This document shows positions 37,171-47,504 of a stretch of 47,526 nucleotides of DNA, piece by piece. Origin of the DNA: Opitutales bacterium (GTDB taxonomy: Bacteria > Verrucomicrobiota > Verrucomicrobiia > Opitutales > JABSRG01); contig JBMYOQ010000026.1 in the NCBI GenBank assembly GCA_049599475.1, positions 1-47,526 of the forward strand, written 5' to 3'. Numbering within the stretch: the first letter of the stretch is position 1; each line of letters starts with the position of its first letter. The position numbers and the translations under genes were made by a program. The notes below the pieces were generated by a model. The model did not search any database. It was not told the DNA's origin and saw only the letters and a program-made list of their open reading frames with translations.

Positions 37171-38727
37171 TTATTTACCAACGAGCTCAGACATACGCCC
37201 GCTGAGGTCTTGTACGGTATATGGTTTCTGGATCGCCGCGGTGAACCCGTAGGATTTCGGATCTTCCATAATCGGGTCATTGCTGTAGCCGCTCGAGACA
37301 ACAGCGCACGCATCGGGGTCCATTTCCAAGAGCTTCTCGGCAGCTTCTTTACCACCCATCCCTCCAGGAATCGTTAAATCCATGATGACCACGTCGAAAC
37401 GCTCTCCGGCATCCATCGCCTGCTTATATGTCTTCAACATCTCCTCACCATCGGGTGCCGACCCATACTCATATCCGAGTATTTGGAGCATATCTCCTGC
37501 TATTTGGCGGATCATTTCTTCATCATCCATGACGAGGATACGGCCTTTTCCTGAACTCATTGTCTGCGGGGTAGTCGGTGTAGATGTGGGTGTGGGTTCG
37601 CTTTCTTCAAGCGCGGCGGGAATTAAACAAGTGAATGTGGCCCCTAAACCAAGCTCGGAGTCTACGTCTAGTGATCCTCCATGGCGTTTAATAATAGTAC
37701 GGCAGGAGGCAAGCCCAAGCCCGTTGCCATTATCTTTTGTCGTGAAAAACGGAGAAAAAATACGCGAAAGCACATCTTTGGGAATTCCTGGACCATTATC
37801 GCGCACCGCGATCTCCACGTAAGCCCCGGGCTCGATTCCAAGTGCTTTCGCCCGAATGTTTCCGACATTGCTATTCTTTGCAGTGACAAAGACTTCGCCC
37901 ACTCCATCCAGGGCCTGGACAGCATTGAGCACCAAATTATTAATCACCTGGCTAATCTGATTCTCGTCAGCGGAGATAGCCAAATCCTCAGATGGCAATT
38001 CAAAGGAGACATTGCAATGCGTCCCACTCGTCATCAGAGAGCAGGACTCTTTAAGCAGATCGGCTAACACGACATTCGCGCGGACGGTGTTCTCGGCCCG
38101 ACACATGGTGAGGAGTTGCTGCGCTAGGTTTTTCGCACGGTGACTCGCAGTCTCCGCAGCCTTGATCTGTGAGGCAGTCGCCGCTTCAGGGTCAGAAAGA
38201 GCAGAGACCATTGATAGATTTCCGACAATCGCTGTGAGCAGATTGTTGAAGTCGTGCGCGATGCCTCCTGCCAAGACTCCGATAGACTCCAGTTTTTGAG
38301 TCTTCAACATCTCAGTCTCCAGGCGGACACGCTCATTTTTGTTCTCCAAAATCAAATAGGCACCGATCACCTGGCTATCCGGGCCGAAATACGGAACCAT
38401 TCTGAAGGTCACAAAGCAATCCACGCCCAAGCGTGACTTCACGACGATCGGATCATCCGAGACCCAGCTCAGGCCGCGAACCAACACATTGTCGAACTCT
38501 GCCGGCAAACGCTTCTTACCATCTAGATCGTATGGGCGAAACACCTCAGAGACATGCGTATCCACGATATCTCCACTTCTCCATCCGAGCAGACGCTCGA
38601 AAGCGGCGTTTCCTTGAATAACCAAGCCATTCGCATCGAGCATTACGACTGCATCGCGCAATGAACGCATGAGAGCTGAAAAACGCTCACGCTCGATAGA
38701 GCCATCCTGTGGTGTTGAAAGTGACAC
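37171..38727 (-). CDS. PAS-domain hybrid sensor histidine kinase/response regulator (CckA-like architecture)
   Basis: PAS domain, H-box LAGGIAHDFNNLL, N-box NLVLNA, DNGPGI, FSPFFTTK, GNGLGL and a receiver (VMDDE, IMDLTIP, SSGY, KPY). No TM segment. Confidence 0.93.
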   Translation of the reverse strand: MSLSTPQDGSIERERFSALMRSLRDAVVMLDANGLVIQGNAAFERLLGWRSGDIVDTHVSEVFRPYDLDGKKRLPAEFDNVLVRGLSWVSDDPIVVKSRLGVDCFVTFRMVPYFGPDSQVIGAYLILENKNERVRLETEMLKTQKLESIGVLAGGIAHDFNNLLTAIVGNLSMVSALSDPEAATASQIKAAETASHRAKNLAQQLLTMCRAENTVRANVVLADLLKESCSLMTSGTHCNVSFELPSEDLAISADENQISQVINNLVLNAVQALDGVGEVFVTAKNSNVGNIRAKALGIEPGAYVEIAVRDNGPGIPKDVLSRIFSPFFTTKDNGNGLGLASCRTIIKRHGGSLDVDSELGLGATFTCLIPAALEESEPTPTSTPTTPQTMSSGKGRILVMDDEEMIRQIAGDMLQILGYEYGSAPDGEEMLKTYKQAMDAGERFDVVIMDLTIPGGMGGKEAAEKLLEMDPDACAVVSSGYSNDPIMEDPKSYGFTAAIQKPYTVQDLSGRMSELVGK

Positions 38728-38804
38728 GATTAGTGAAAGGGTTTGTAAGGGTTTACTAATGGAATCTTCGGAGGTAATCTCTTCAGAAGGCGGGGATTTT
38801 GGAG

Positions 38805-38831
38805 ATATCGGAAGTAATTACATTTTTTTAA
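38805..38831 (-). promoter_or_regulatory. Sigma-28 (FliA)-like promoter
   Basis: Minus strand reads TTAA-N15-TCCGATAT, about 80 bp upstream of the kinase start. Confidence 0.5.
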
Positions 38832-38907
38832 CATTAAACAAGCCAACTTTTTCAACCTTACATCCAGCTTGACCCCAGACGGTGCTGATTCCATTTTCTG
38901 CCCCCTT

Positions 38908-40419
38908 ATGGCCAAAGAAAAGAAATCGGGAGACCTCATGGAAACAATCGTAAGCCTGTGCAGACGCCGCGGGTTTATTTTCCAATCGTCGGAAATCTAC
39001 GGCGGGATCAACGGTTTCTTCGACTACGGCCCACTCGGTGTCGAGCTCCGTAAAAACATCAAGGACGCCTGGTGGAGTCACTTCGTGCAGACACGCGACG
39101 ATATCGTCGGACTGGACGCATCGATCATCATGAACCCCAAGGTTTGGGAAGCTTCTGGCCACGTGGGCGGATTCAGCGATCCGATGGTCGACTGTAAAGA
39201 GTCCAAAATGCGCTACCGGGCCGACCATATTTTCTTCTCCGAGGTGAAGGTAGACGGCGAGACGATCGGCTACGTTTCGGTAATGGAAAGCGCCGGCATG
39301 GAAGCCGAAGCGATGACATCTGCAGAGAAGATGAAGCGCAAGCAGGGCGTTCAGGGCACGATCGAGCCCCTCAACCTCCGCGAATACACTGAGGCGAAGC
39401 CCGAGGAATACGCACTCGTCCCCTCACCTGCGACCGGCAAACCAGGCTCCCTGACTGAGCCCCGGGACTTCAATATGATGTTCCAGACTTACGTAGGCGC
39501 CCTGCGCGACGACTCGGCGGTAGCTTACCTGCGCCCGGAAACGGCCCAAGGTATCTTTGCTAATTTCAAAAACGTCACCGACAGCACACGCGTAAAAATC
39601 CCATTCGGCATCGCGCAAGTAGGTAAGGCGTTCCGCAACGAGATCACTCCGCGAAACTTCATTTTCCGCTCTCGAGAATTCGAGCAGATGGAGATCGAAT
39701 ACTTCATCGACCCAAGCGAAGAGACGTGGCCAAAGGTATATCGCGAGTGGATCGACACTTGTAAATCTTGGCTCGAGAGCATCGGTATCCGCACTGAGCT
39801 CCTCACCGAGCACGTTCATCCCCAGGAAAAACTCTCGCATTACTCGAAGGGAACAACGGACATCATGTTCGAATTCCCATTCGGCATCCAGGAGCTATGG
39901 GGTATCGCCTGCCGCGGCAATTTCGACCTCACTCAACACGAGACCCACTCCGGCAAGAGCCTTCAATATTTCGACGAAGCTAATCGCGAGAAATACATCC
40001 CACATGTCGTGGAACCGTCCGTGGGTGTAGACCGCATCCTGCTCGCGGTATTGTGTTCTGCTTACGACGAAGATGAGATCGATGGCGACAAACGCGTCGT
40101 CCTCCACTTCCACCCGCGCATCGCTCCGATCAAGGCAGCTATTTTCCCACTTGTGAAAAACAAGCCCGAACTCATGGAGAAAGCAAAGTCCCTCTACGAG
40201 TCTCTGCAGAAGCGTTACCCCGTTTTCTTCGACGTTTCAGGCAACATTGGCCGACGCTATCGCAGACAAGATGAAGTGGGCACGCCCTTCGGCATCACTG
40301 TAGACTTCGACACACTGGAAGACGGCACCGTGACCATCCGCGATCGCGACACCACGGAGCAAACACGTATTCCGATCGACGAAGTTGCAGCCTTCCTGGA
40401 CTCAAAAATCTACGGTTAA
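38908..40419 (+). CDS. glyQS: Glycine--tRNA ligase (alpha2 type)
   Basis: [70 protein letters not shown] and the anticodon-binding domain. Confidence 0.97.
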   Translation: MAKEKKSGDLMETIVSLCRRRGFIFQSSEIYGGINGFFDYGPLGVELRKNIKDAWWSHFVQTRDDIVGLDASIIMNPKVWEASGHVGGFSDPMVDCKESKMRYRADHIFFSEVKVDGETIGYVSVMESAGMEAEAMTSAEKMKRKQGVQGTIEPLNLREYTEAKPEEYALVPSPATGKPGSLTEPRDFNMMFQTYVGALRDDSAVAYLRPETAQGIFANFKNVTDSTRVKIPFGIAQVGKAFRNEITPRNFIFRSREFEQMEIEYFIDPSEETWPKVYREWIDTCKSWLESIGIRTELLTEHVHPQEKLSHYSKGTTDIMFEFPFGIQELWGIACRGNFDLTQHETHSGKSLQYFDEANREKYIPHVVEPSVGVDRILLAVLCSAYDEDEIDGDKRVVLHFHPRIAPIKAAIFPLVKNKPELMEKAKSLYESLQKRYPVFFDVSGNIGRRYRRQDEVGTPFGITVDFDTLEDGTVTIRDRDTTEQTRIPIDEVAAFLDSKIYG

Positions 40420-40470
40420 GCCCTAATCGCCCGGGCGAAGCTCGCTCGCCATGTAAAGTTCCTGTCAAAG

Positions 40471-40501
40471 AGATTTTCTTTCAACGATTGAAAGAAAATC
40501 T
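40471..40501. promoter_or_regulatory. Perfect 14-bp AT-rich inverted repeat
   Basis: AGATTTTCTTTCAA-CGA-TTGAAAGAAAATCT, 20 bp upstream of the 40522 ATG. Role (operator or terminator) unknown. Confidence 0.55.
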
Positions 40502-40521
40502 GCTTTGGTGACGTTATTTGA

Positions 40522-41295
40522 ATGAAAGGCCATGTTAAAAGTTCTCCCTCCCTACTCTACTTATCGCATTCCCTATTCATAGCTACCCTTTGCTTAGCGA
40601 TCAACGCGTCCGCTTCCACGCGTACATTCACATCCGCTGAGGATGTGACTATTGAAGCGGAATTAATCAGTGTCGATCCTCGTGAGCGGGTCACTCTCCG
40701 GCGATCCGATGGTCGCCTCTTTCGCGATGTGCCCATCGAGTTTTTCTCCAGTGCCGACCGTCGCTACATCCGTAATTGGAAGGCCCAGCAACAAGCTGCT
40801 CTGGACAACGCAAATATCACCGAAGACTCCAGAGTGCGCGTCACTGTAGGCACCAGCCGGGACTCAGATTTCAACGATTATGGTGATATCGACGACCAGG
40901 TTACCCAATTCAAACCAAAGATCTCCTTCTACAACGAAGAGCTCCATGAGACTTTCACCGGAGTGAATGGAACCCTGGTCTTCATCGGCGAGCACGTCCT
41001 CGACCGAAGCGTGGTGGGGGTCCTTTACAAAGAGAAATTTGAGGTAGATGTTCCCCCGAAAGAACGGATTGAGTGGTTTGGCAAACCCTTCATGTCGCGC
41101 TACGATCCCGACTACGGGGGCTACAAATACCGAGGCTCCCTGATCGTCGTAAAAGACCAGAAAGGGAAGCCGGTGCAGATAAAAGGCTCCGCCTCAATCT
41201 GGGAGCAAAATTATCGAAAAGTCTTACGGGCGAAGCTCAAACAAGCCTACGGTCGCAAATTCGAATCGGAAGCATGCGGCTACAATTCTTACTAG
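40522..41295 (+). CDS. Secreted protein with SHD1-like N-terminal domain
   Basis: Signal peptide ending ASA, then RTFTSAEDVTIEAEL..VTLRRSDG..VPIEFFSSADRRYI..W. Confidence 0.78.
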   Translation: MKGHVKSSPSLLYLSHSLFIATLCLAINASASTRTFTSAEDVTIEAELISVDPRERVTLRRSDGRLFRDVPIEFFSSADRRYIRNWKAQQQAALDNANITEDSRVRVTVGTSRDSDFNDYGDIDDQVTQFKPKISFYNEELHETFTGVNGTLVFIGEHVLDRSVVGVLYKEKFEVDVPPKERIEWFGKPFMSRYDPDYGGYKYRGSLIVVKDQKGKPVQIKGSASIWEQNYRKVLRAKLKQAYGRKFESEACGYNSY

Positions 41296-41367
41296 AGACT
41301 CTTGTGGACTGCCGCTCCTCAAGCAGCTCATCGATGGGCCGGCAGCGACATTCCAGCGACCGAGGGG

Positions 41368-42000
41368 CTACTTTGAGAACACAAACAAGGTCCGGCTCAA
41401 AGGATTTACGCGGCCCGTCGCTTGAGTCTCAGCATCGCTTGATTCCATCTCGTTGATGGACTCGGGTTTACGCAACCAAAGGCCGTTAAAGGCTTCGAAC
41501 AAAGCGATCACATCATCTGCCGATGGCAATTTATACTCGATTGTCTTAGAGTGAGTGGTGAGCGGATAGTCTTTGACCACAGGAGCGGTATCCAAGACCG
41601 CTTCCGCTTTATCCGTCACCGGAGCGGTGGCATTGTTGAATTCCTGTTGACCGAATTTCAACGGCGCATTCGCAAAAGGAATCTCCGAAGCAATCGGCTC
41701 AGCAGTATTTCCAGCAACCCCGGCAGTATCGATAAGATCCGTGCTATAGATGCGGATCTGAAGAGGACTGTTGATCACATCGATCACCATCTCAACAACA
41801 GCATAGGCTGGGGTCAGGTAGCGCTGGATGGATATGGAATTTACCGAGCGCACACGTCCGTAAAGCTCTTGGCCATCTCCAAGGCTCAAACCATACACTT
41901 CAGGGTTGGGGATCGCATTGTGCCGGACACTAATCCCAGCGAATGAAAAATGGGGCCCTAGGGTAAAAAGGCTCAAGCACAGGAGTATCGCAGCTTTCAT
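41368..42000 (-). CDS. Secreted hypothetical protein
   Basis: Signal peptide MKAAILLCLSLFTLGPHFSFA; 210 aa ORF that fills the gap between neighbours. Confidence 0.78.
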   Translation of the reverse strand: MKAAILLCLSLFTLGPHFSFAGISVRHNAIPNPEVYGLSLGDGQELYGRVRSVNSISIQRYLTPAYAVVEMVIDVINSPLQIRIYSTDLIDTAGVAGNTAEPIASEIPFANAPLKFGQQEFNNATAPVTDKAEAVLDTAPVVKDYPLTTHSKTIEYKLPSADDVIALFEAFNGLWLRKPESINEMESSDAETQATGRVNPLSRTLFVFSK

Positions 42001-42078
42001 ACAAACAAACGCTTGCTTGTTCGGGCCCAGATATTCAAGAACAAAGCTGCTCCAACCTCTCTAGATAGTTTCCCCTTC

Positions 42079-43722
42079 ATGTTATCCTGCGATAATCTTT
42101 CGGTCCGAGTCAAAGGGCGCAGCGAGCCCATACTCAACAATCTGTCGGCGGAATTCGCGCCCAAGAAACTTCACGCGATTGTCGGACCTTCCGGCTGCGG
42201 GAAGACCACCTTAATGCGCGCAATGCTGCAAATGCAGGCATCGGAGGGTCGAGTATCCCTCGATGGGCAAACCATCGCCAATCAATCAGATGTCGTCGGC
42301 GCAATCGGCCTGGTGCCACAGTTCAGCGTCGCCCATGAGCAACTCAAGGTCAGCGAATGCCTCGAATATACACTCAGACTTCACCGAAAGCTGACCAAAG
42401 CCGAGCGCGCTCAAGAGTCTGACCATCTTCTCAGCATTGTCGGCCTTTCCGCCCAGAAGAATAATCGTGTAAATGAGTTGAGTGGCGGTCAACTCCGACG
42501 CCTCGGCCTAGCATTGGGCCTAGCCCCCCGCCCCGAGATACTCCTGTGCGATGAAGTAACCAGCGGACTGGATCCAAACTCGGAGACAGACATCCTTAAA
42601 ATGTTGGCGCATCTCCGTGATAACGAGAGCACCACCTTCATCTGCATTATCCACAATCTATCTCAGCTCAGCCGATTCGACACGATTACTGTGCTCTTCG
42701 AGGGAAAACTTGTTTTCCAGGGCTCATACTCCCAACTACTCAAGACCTTCGACATCTCCGACCCCTTGGAGCTCTACGACGTCTTAAACGACAGCGAATA
42801 CGGAAGCTACTCCGGCCCAGCAGGTGCACCCTCACTAACAGACTCCGAGAAGCCCCCTAGGCCTGCCCAACCAAGCCCGATTCAACAAGCCGTCACCCTA
42901 CTTGAGAGGCGATCTAAACTCTTTTTCCGAAACCATGGTGCCCTTATTTTAACCGCCGCCATCACCTTTGGGTTTCCATTGTTGGTCATCATTTTTGCAA
43001 GCGGCGGTCTCCCGTCGGTCCCCAGCCTAAGCGGATACGATGAAGATGGCGCAATAGGGATAGACGCTTTACTCGAGCGTGCCCAATACGAAATCGATGT
43101 TACTCAGATAGGAACCCTCGTGATGGGCCTAGTCCTCTTTGAGGTCGTTCTGCTAACCCTGATGACAAGCAACAACGGCGCTCGAGAAATAGCCGAGGAG
43201 CGCCCGATCTTTACCCTCGAGCGCCTTCGTGGCCTGAGCACCGGAAGCTACGTGCTTTCCAAAGCAATCTTTGTAGGGCTACTGAGCGCGCTTCAAGGAG
43301 CATGGATGGCGATATTCGTCGATCTGTTCGTCGCTTTCCCTGGAAGCTTATTTACCCAGGTTTTGATTTTCGCAATCAGCGGAATGGCAATGGGCTGGGT
43401 AGCACTGGGCTTCTCCGCGATCATGGATTCGGCCGAGCGAGCCTCGCTTGCCTCCGTCTATTTAGTGGGCTTTCAACTACCGCTCGCCGGGATTGTCCTC
43501 AAACTGCCAGATTGGCTCGAATGGATCTGTCGGCCGTTCATCAACGCATACTGGGCCTGGTCAGGAATGGTTAGGACCATGCTCGAATCTCGATATTACG
43601 ACGCCGTCGTCCAGGCCTATCAGGGAAAGACTATCGACATCGTCTGGTGCGCGATCGTTTTGGCCCTTCAGGGAATTGTCGGGATCATTTTGGTATTCAG
43701 AGGCTGCATAAGAATACGTTAA
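42079..43722 (+). CDS. Fused ABC transporter ATP-binding/permease protein (NBD-TMD, ABCG-like order)
   Basis: Walker A GPSGCGKT, Q-loop VPQ, LSGGQ, Walker B LLCDE, IIH; C-terminal six-TM domain with REIAEERPIF..ER. Confidence 0.9.
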   Translation: MLSCDNLSVRVKGRSEPILNNLSAEFAPKKLHAIVGPSGCGKTTLMRAMLQMQASEGRVSLDGQTIANQSDVVGAIGLVPQFSVAHEQLKVSECLEYTLRLHRKLTKAERAQESDHLLSIVGLSAQKNNRVNELSGGQLRRLGLALGLAPRPEILLCDEVTSGLDPNSETDILKMLAHLRDNESTTFICIIHNLSQLSRFDTITVLFEGKLVFQGSYSQLLKTFDISDPLELYDVLNDSEYGSYSGPAGAPSLTDSEKPPRPAQPSPIQQAVTLLERRSKLFFRNHGALILTAAITFGFPLLVIIFASGGLPSVPSLSGYDEDGAIGIDALLERAQYEIDVTQIGTLVMGLVLFEVVLLTLMTSNNGAREIAEERPIFTLERLRGLSTGSYVLSKAIFVGLLSALQGAWMAIFVDLFVAFPGSLFTQVLIFAISGMAMGWVALGFSAIMDSAERASLASVYLVGFQLPLAGIVLKLPDWLEWICRPFINAYWAWSGMVRTMLESRYYDAVVQAYQGKTIDIVWCAIVLALQGIVGIILVFRGCIRIR

Positions 43723-43773
43723 ACTATTGTGTGCTTTCAATTATCAGCATAGAGAAACGATATTCTATTATTA

Positions 43774-44136
43774 ATGAGATCTACCCTACCCCGAATAATT
43801 CTATTGCTGACGGCCTGCCTCTGGGGATTGGCAGCTTTCACAGCATGCGAAAAGCGCTCAGAATTGGCCACCTTTGAGCGAGAAGCGTATTTGAAAAACC
43901 CAGACAATTTACTCGGCAACCGCTACCAGCTCAGCGCTGTTATCGATGCGACATTGGGCTACAAGGCAAACACCGGCCGCCTCATCGCCGTACGCGAGAC
44001 CCCAGAAACCGAGCGCATTCCCCTATTTATCGCCAGTGACATTATAGAAAACGTTCATGTGGGTCAGCGTTACCACTTCGAAATTCAAGTAAAGGAAGGA
44101 GGCTTAGTCAGTGTCAGCAAAATGGAAAAATTCTAG
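43774..44136 (+). CDS. Small lipoprotein (possible OB-fold)
   Basis: Signal with lipobox-like FTAC and a beta-strand-rich body (NVHVGQRYHFEIQV). Confidence 0.75.
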   Translation: MRSTLPRIILLLTACLWGLAAFTACEKRSELATFEREAYLKNPDNLLGNRYQLSAVIDATLGYKANTGRLIAVRETPETERIPLFIASDIIENVHVGQRYHFEIQVKEGGLVSVSKMEKF

Positions 44137-46066
44137 TCTCGTCCTGAGCGCAATCGCTTTAACCGCGAGCCTGTATGGCCAGGGCGTATTGCCCTCACAG
44201 CCTCAACCAGCCCAGCCGCAACCGCAGAGCATCGAAGTACCCCGGCAGAATGTTGGGGTGGAGAGTGACACCTTCCTCGAAGGTACTGATCGCATCTTCG
44301 ATACCGACTCTGACTCCATTGATTTTGAGGAGGGTGGATTCAATTGGAAGGGGCGCACTTTCACGCTGGGGGACAACCGACTCATTCGTGCTCGCTTCGA
44401 ACGCTATCTCGCCAGCCCGATTCCCGCAGAAAACATCGCCGAGTATGAGCGCTTACTCCAGGACATTGAGACCCGGCTCCAGGTAAACAATCTGGAACTC
44501 AATGCGGAAGTGCTCGAAGAGCTGTGGAACCTACTTTTCGAAGCCGCCGAATATCAAATTGATGGAGGTAACAGCCTCATCGTTGCCAACCAGGTTTTCA
44601 ACGCTTGGCGCATTCGCCAAGAGCGAGAGGCCGGTCGCACTAGCCAGCTTGAACTCGAACGCGTGCGCAAAGTCCAACAAGAGATTCTCGTAAACCGAGC
44701 AGAATTTCTTGAACGTGCCGAACGCCGCCAGCGCGAAAACGACGAGCGCGGCGAAGGCAATAGACGCGGTAGCGGAGGAGGTCAATCATCCTCTGGCCTG
44801 GCGACTGAAGCTCAGTTTCGCGCCATGGACCTTCAAGAAACAGAAAGTCGCATCAAGGCACTCGAAGCCCAAAACGCCACAACAGGCATCCAGGCCAAGC
44901 TTCAATTCCAAACCCAGATCGTCGGTTTCATCGTCCAACGCCGATTCCGCCATGCGATGATCGCCGCATCCTTTTACCGCCTCATTTTCAAAGGATCGGC
45001 GCAGACACTCGAAGTCGGGAAAGATCAGCTGAGCGACATTCTCTTGAGCACCGATGCCTCGCAATCAGTCAATACCCTCGATCAACTTTCAGCGGAGGCG
45101 AAAAACGACGTCTTGATCGGGATGAGTGCAGTAACTGCATCCTATACACGCGGCGAGCTTTTCAGCGCCCTCCAGCGACTCCAGGAGACTTTCTTTCTCG
45201 GCGAGCACCTATCGCCCGTAATCCTGTTTGATCCCGAAATCAAACGAGAGCTCTTCGATTTCTACCGAGACGCACGCGAGGCCAAGAAGCTCTTCGATTT
45301 AAAGGACTATGCCCGGGTGGATGAGCTGGCAAAAGGCATGCAGGAGCGTGCTTCCGACTTCTCAGCAGCCCAAATTCTCTCTGCATCGAGCTCGGCCCAA
45401 CGTCTTAGCGATCTCGCGCTACTCGCAGCTCAACAATCGATCGCTCTTCAGGAATTCGACAAAGCAGACATCTCACTGTCTCGAGCCACCATGCTCTGGC
45501 CTCTGAACCCACGGATCGAACAATTCACCCAGGATATGACATCTCGCGTCGACACCCGCAATGTCGCTACAACTGAGTTTGACCGCATGTATGAGACTGG
45601 GAATTTCAGAGGCCTTTACAATGATCGCGCACGTCTCGGAGTGGCCTTGATGACAGACCCAGAGCGAGCCGAACTACTCAAGAGCGCAATCGACAGAGTC
45701 GCACGGATCGACATTTCTTTAGCCCAAGCTCGCGAGCTGTCCGCGCAAGAAAATCCCTATGCAGCCTGGGAGCTGCTCAGCGCTGCCACGGTGCTCGATC
45801 CCAAGGACGTCGAACTCAACATCGCGAAGTCCGAAATCGCGCCACAAGCAGCATCTTTTGTGGAGAAGCTAAACTCTGCCAAGAAACTCGAAGTCGAGGG
45901 CAAGTGGCCCATTAGCCTAGCGCTATATCTTGCGGCCCAAGACATCTATCCCGCAAGTCAGACCAGCCGGGAAGCCATCGAACGTCTCACCGAACGCATT
46001 TTTATCAAGGCACAAGAGTCGAGCTCTCAGAACATGAACGATAGCTCTCTCGAAGAGGCATTCTAG
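44111..46066 (+). CDS. Large secreted alpha-helical protein (coiled coil plus TPR-like repeats)
   Basis: Signal peptide, QP-rich linker, charged coiled coil and TPR-like ends (ATMLWP, ATVLDP, AQDIYP); overlaps the lipoprotein gene. Confidence 0.8.
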   Translation: MSAKWKNSSLVLSAIALTASLYGQGVLPSQPQPAQPQPQSIEVPRQNVGVESDTFLEGTDRIFDTDSDSIDFEEGGFNWKGRTFTLGDNRLIRARFERYLASPIPAENIAEYERLLQDIETRLQVNNLELNAEVLEELWNLLFEAAEYQIDGGNSLIVANQVFNAWRIRQEREAGRTSQLELERVRKVQQEILVNRAEFLERAERRQRENDERGEGNRRGSGGGQSSSGLATEAQFRAMDLQETESRIKALEAQNATTGIQAKLQFQTQIVGFIVQRRFRHAMIAASFYRLIFKGSAQTLEVGKDQLSDILLSTDASQSVNTLDQLSAEAKNDVLIGMSAVTASYTRGELFSALQRLQETFFLGEHLSPVILFDPEIKRELFDFYRDAREAKKLFDLKDYARVDELAKGMQERASDFSAAQILSASSSAQRLSDLALLAAQQSIALQEFDKADISLSRATMLWPLNPRIEQFTQDMTSRVDTRNVATTEFDRMYETGNFRGLYNDRARLGVALMTDPERAELLKSAIDRVARIDISLAQARELSAQENPYAAWELLSAATVLDPKDVELNIAKSEIAPQAASFVEKLNSAKKLEVEGKWPISLALYLAAQDIYPASQTSREAIERLTERIFIKAQESSSQNMNDSSLEEAF

Positions 46067-46085
46067 GCAGCCGCCTAGATTTTGC

Positions 46086-46634
46086 CTAGATGCGGCCCAG
46101 ACTCGCCAAGAGCTTAAACAAACAATTGAGCGCCAGGGCATGGGTAAATTTCCCTTCGCGGCCCCATGAGATGACCTGCTCCAAAGGTGCCACGATGACC
46201 TCGATGTCTTCGTTTTGATCCAAGCTCAACTCGTGAGTCTTCTCGACACCCTCTACTTTAAAGAAAAAGCAGGTGTTATTTAAAATGGCTGGATTCGGAT
46301 ACACCGAGCCTAGCGAAACAGCGTCTCCTCCGGTATAACCAGTTTCCTCCTGCAACTCACGAACGGCCGCTGTCATAGGATCTTCGCCTGGATCCACGAT
46401 TCCCCCAGGGAACTCTAGGGAAAAATCCTCGACTCCAAAACGAAACTGACGCACCAGGACCACCTCCTGATTCGGGGTCAAGGCTGCGATATTTGCCCAA
46501 GATTTGGTTTTGATCGCATAAAAATCGTCCTCTCGCTCCGTCACCGGATGGCGGAAGCGCCGAGCAACCAGATCAAAAATGCGCGTCTCGGCCATCGGGG
46601 TCTCCCCCTTATATTCCCACCGTGGAAGGGACAT
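46086..46634 (-). CDS. NUDIX hydrolase (ADP-ribose pyrophosphatase-like)
   Basis: LVRQFR, Nudix box GGIVDPGEDPMTAAVRELQEETGY and YPNP. Confidence 0.92.
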   Translation of the reverse strand: MSLPRWEYKGETPMAETRIFDLVARRFRHPVTEREDDFYAIKTKSWANIAALTPNQEVVLVRQFRFGVEDFSLEFPGGIVDPGEDPMTAAVRELQEETGYTGGDAVSLGSVYPNPAILNNTCFFFKVEGVEKTHELSLDQNEDIEVIVAPLEQVISWGREGKFTHALALNCLFKLLASLGRI

Positions 46635-46635
46635 A

Positions 46636-47331
46636 TTACTCAGAGACGGGTGCAGGAATCGTGACAGGTTGCCCTACTTGCAATCGGCGCGGATCCAGCC
46701 CAGGATTAGCGTTCACTATCGCTTGCACGGACACCCCGTATTTAGCCGACAGGCGGCCAAAAGTATCTCCCGACTCAATGAGGTGCACACCAGCTTCACC
46801 CTCCGGCACGACTGTTTCGATAGCGGCATCGGAATCTCCAGAATCAGCCACAACGGTTGTCCTCGGTGCGACGGCAGCGGGAACCGCCATTTTAGGAATA
46901 TCGGAAATCGCGTCGGTGTTATCATTGATCTGAGTGCGGTTCGCCTCGATTGCCTTGGCGTACTTATCAAAATTTCGCGCAACTGAATCGCGATCCATCC
47001 GTGAGCGGCTCTTCAAGGCATCCACACTATTGGAAAGGCTAGACAGGGTCTTCTCTACTTCACCAATCCCGGCCGTGGCAGAAGAGATCTGCTCCGGAAG
47101 CGACGCCTGCGTTTCATGTATCTCGGCAATAGATGTCTCCAAGGCCGTAATCTTCTTCTGTGATGAAAGACCGAAGAAGATACCGATCGCGCCGAAAACG
47201 ACACCGATCAGCGCAACGACAATCGAAATTATAATGCCGGCTCCTCCAGATGACTCTGTCTCTACAGGATCGTTCTCAGGCGGCGTTGTAGGCGAAAAAG
47301 TCGGCTTGGGTGGCTGTTCGTCGGCTTCCAT
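46636..47331 (-). CDS. Membrane-anchored LysM peptidoglycan-binding protein with coiled coil
   Basis: A TM helix, a coiled coil and a C-terminal LysM domain [44 protein letters not shown]; start ATG 47331. Confidence 0.92.
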   Translation of the reverse strand: MEADEQPPKPTFSPTTPPENDPVETESSGGAGIIISIVVALIGVVFGAIGIFFGLSSQKKITALETSIAEIHETQASLPEQISSATAGIGEVEKTLSSLSNSVDALKSRSRMDRDSVARNFDKYAKAIEANRTQINDNTDAISDIPKMAVPAAVAPRTTVVADSGDSDAAIETVVPEGEAGVHLIESGDTFGRLSAKYGVSVQAIVNANPGLDPRRLQVGQPVTIPAPVSE

Positions 47332-47377
47332 AAACGCCGAGCAAAGTACTTTTTCGGAATCAAGCAAGCATTCCGGT

Positions 47378-47406
47378 TTGACAAGAGGCAAATAAATCGA
47401 CTTCCT
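47378..47406 (+). promoter_or_regulatory. Probable sigma-70 promoter of tRNA-Pro
   Basis: Perfect TTGACA at 47378-47383, a 17-bp spacer and a weak -10 (CTTCCT), 21 bp before the tRNA. Confidence 0.45.
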
Positions 47407-47427
47407 CCATCCCTTCCTTCGATGGAA

Positions 47428-47504
47428 CGGGGCGTAGCACAGCCTGGTAGTGCGCTTGGTTTGGGACCAAGAAGTCGCAGGTTCGAATCCTGTCGCCCCG
47501 ACCA
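47428..47504 (+). tRNA. tRNA-Pro (anticodon TGG)
   Basis: Acceptor stem CGGGGCG/CGCCCCG, D-loop AGCCTGGTA, anticodon arm CTTGG-TTTGGGA-CCAAG, T-loop GTTCGAATC and encoded CCA. Confidence 0.98.
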
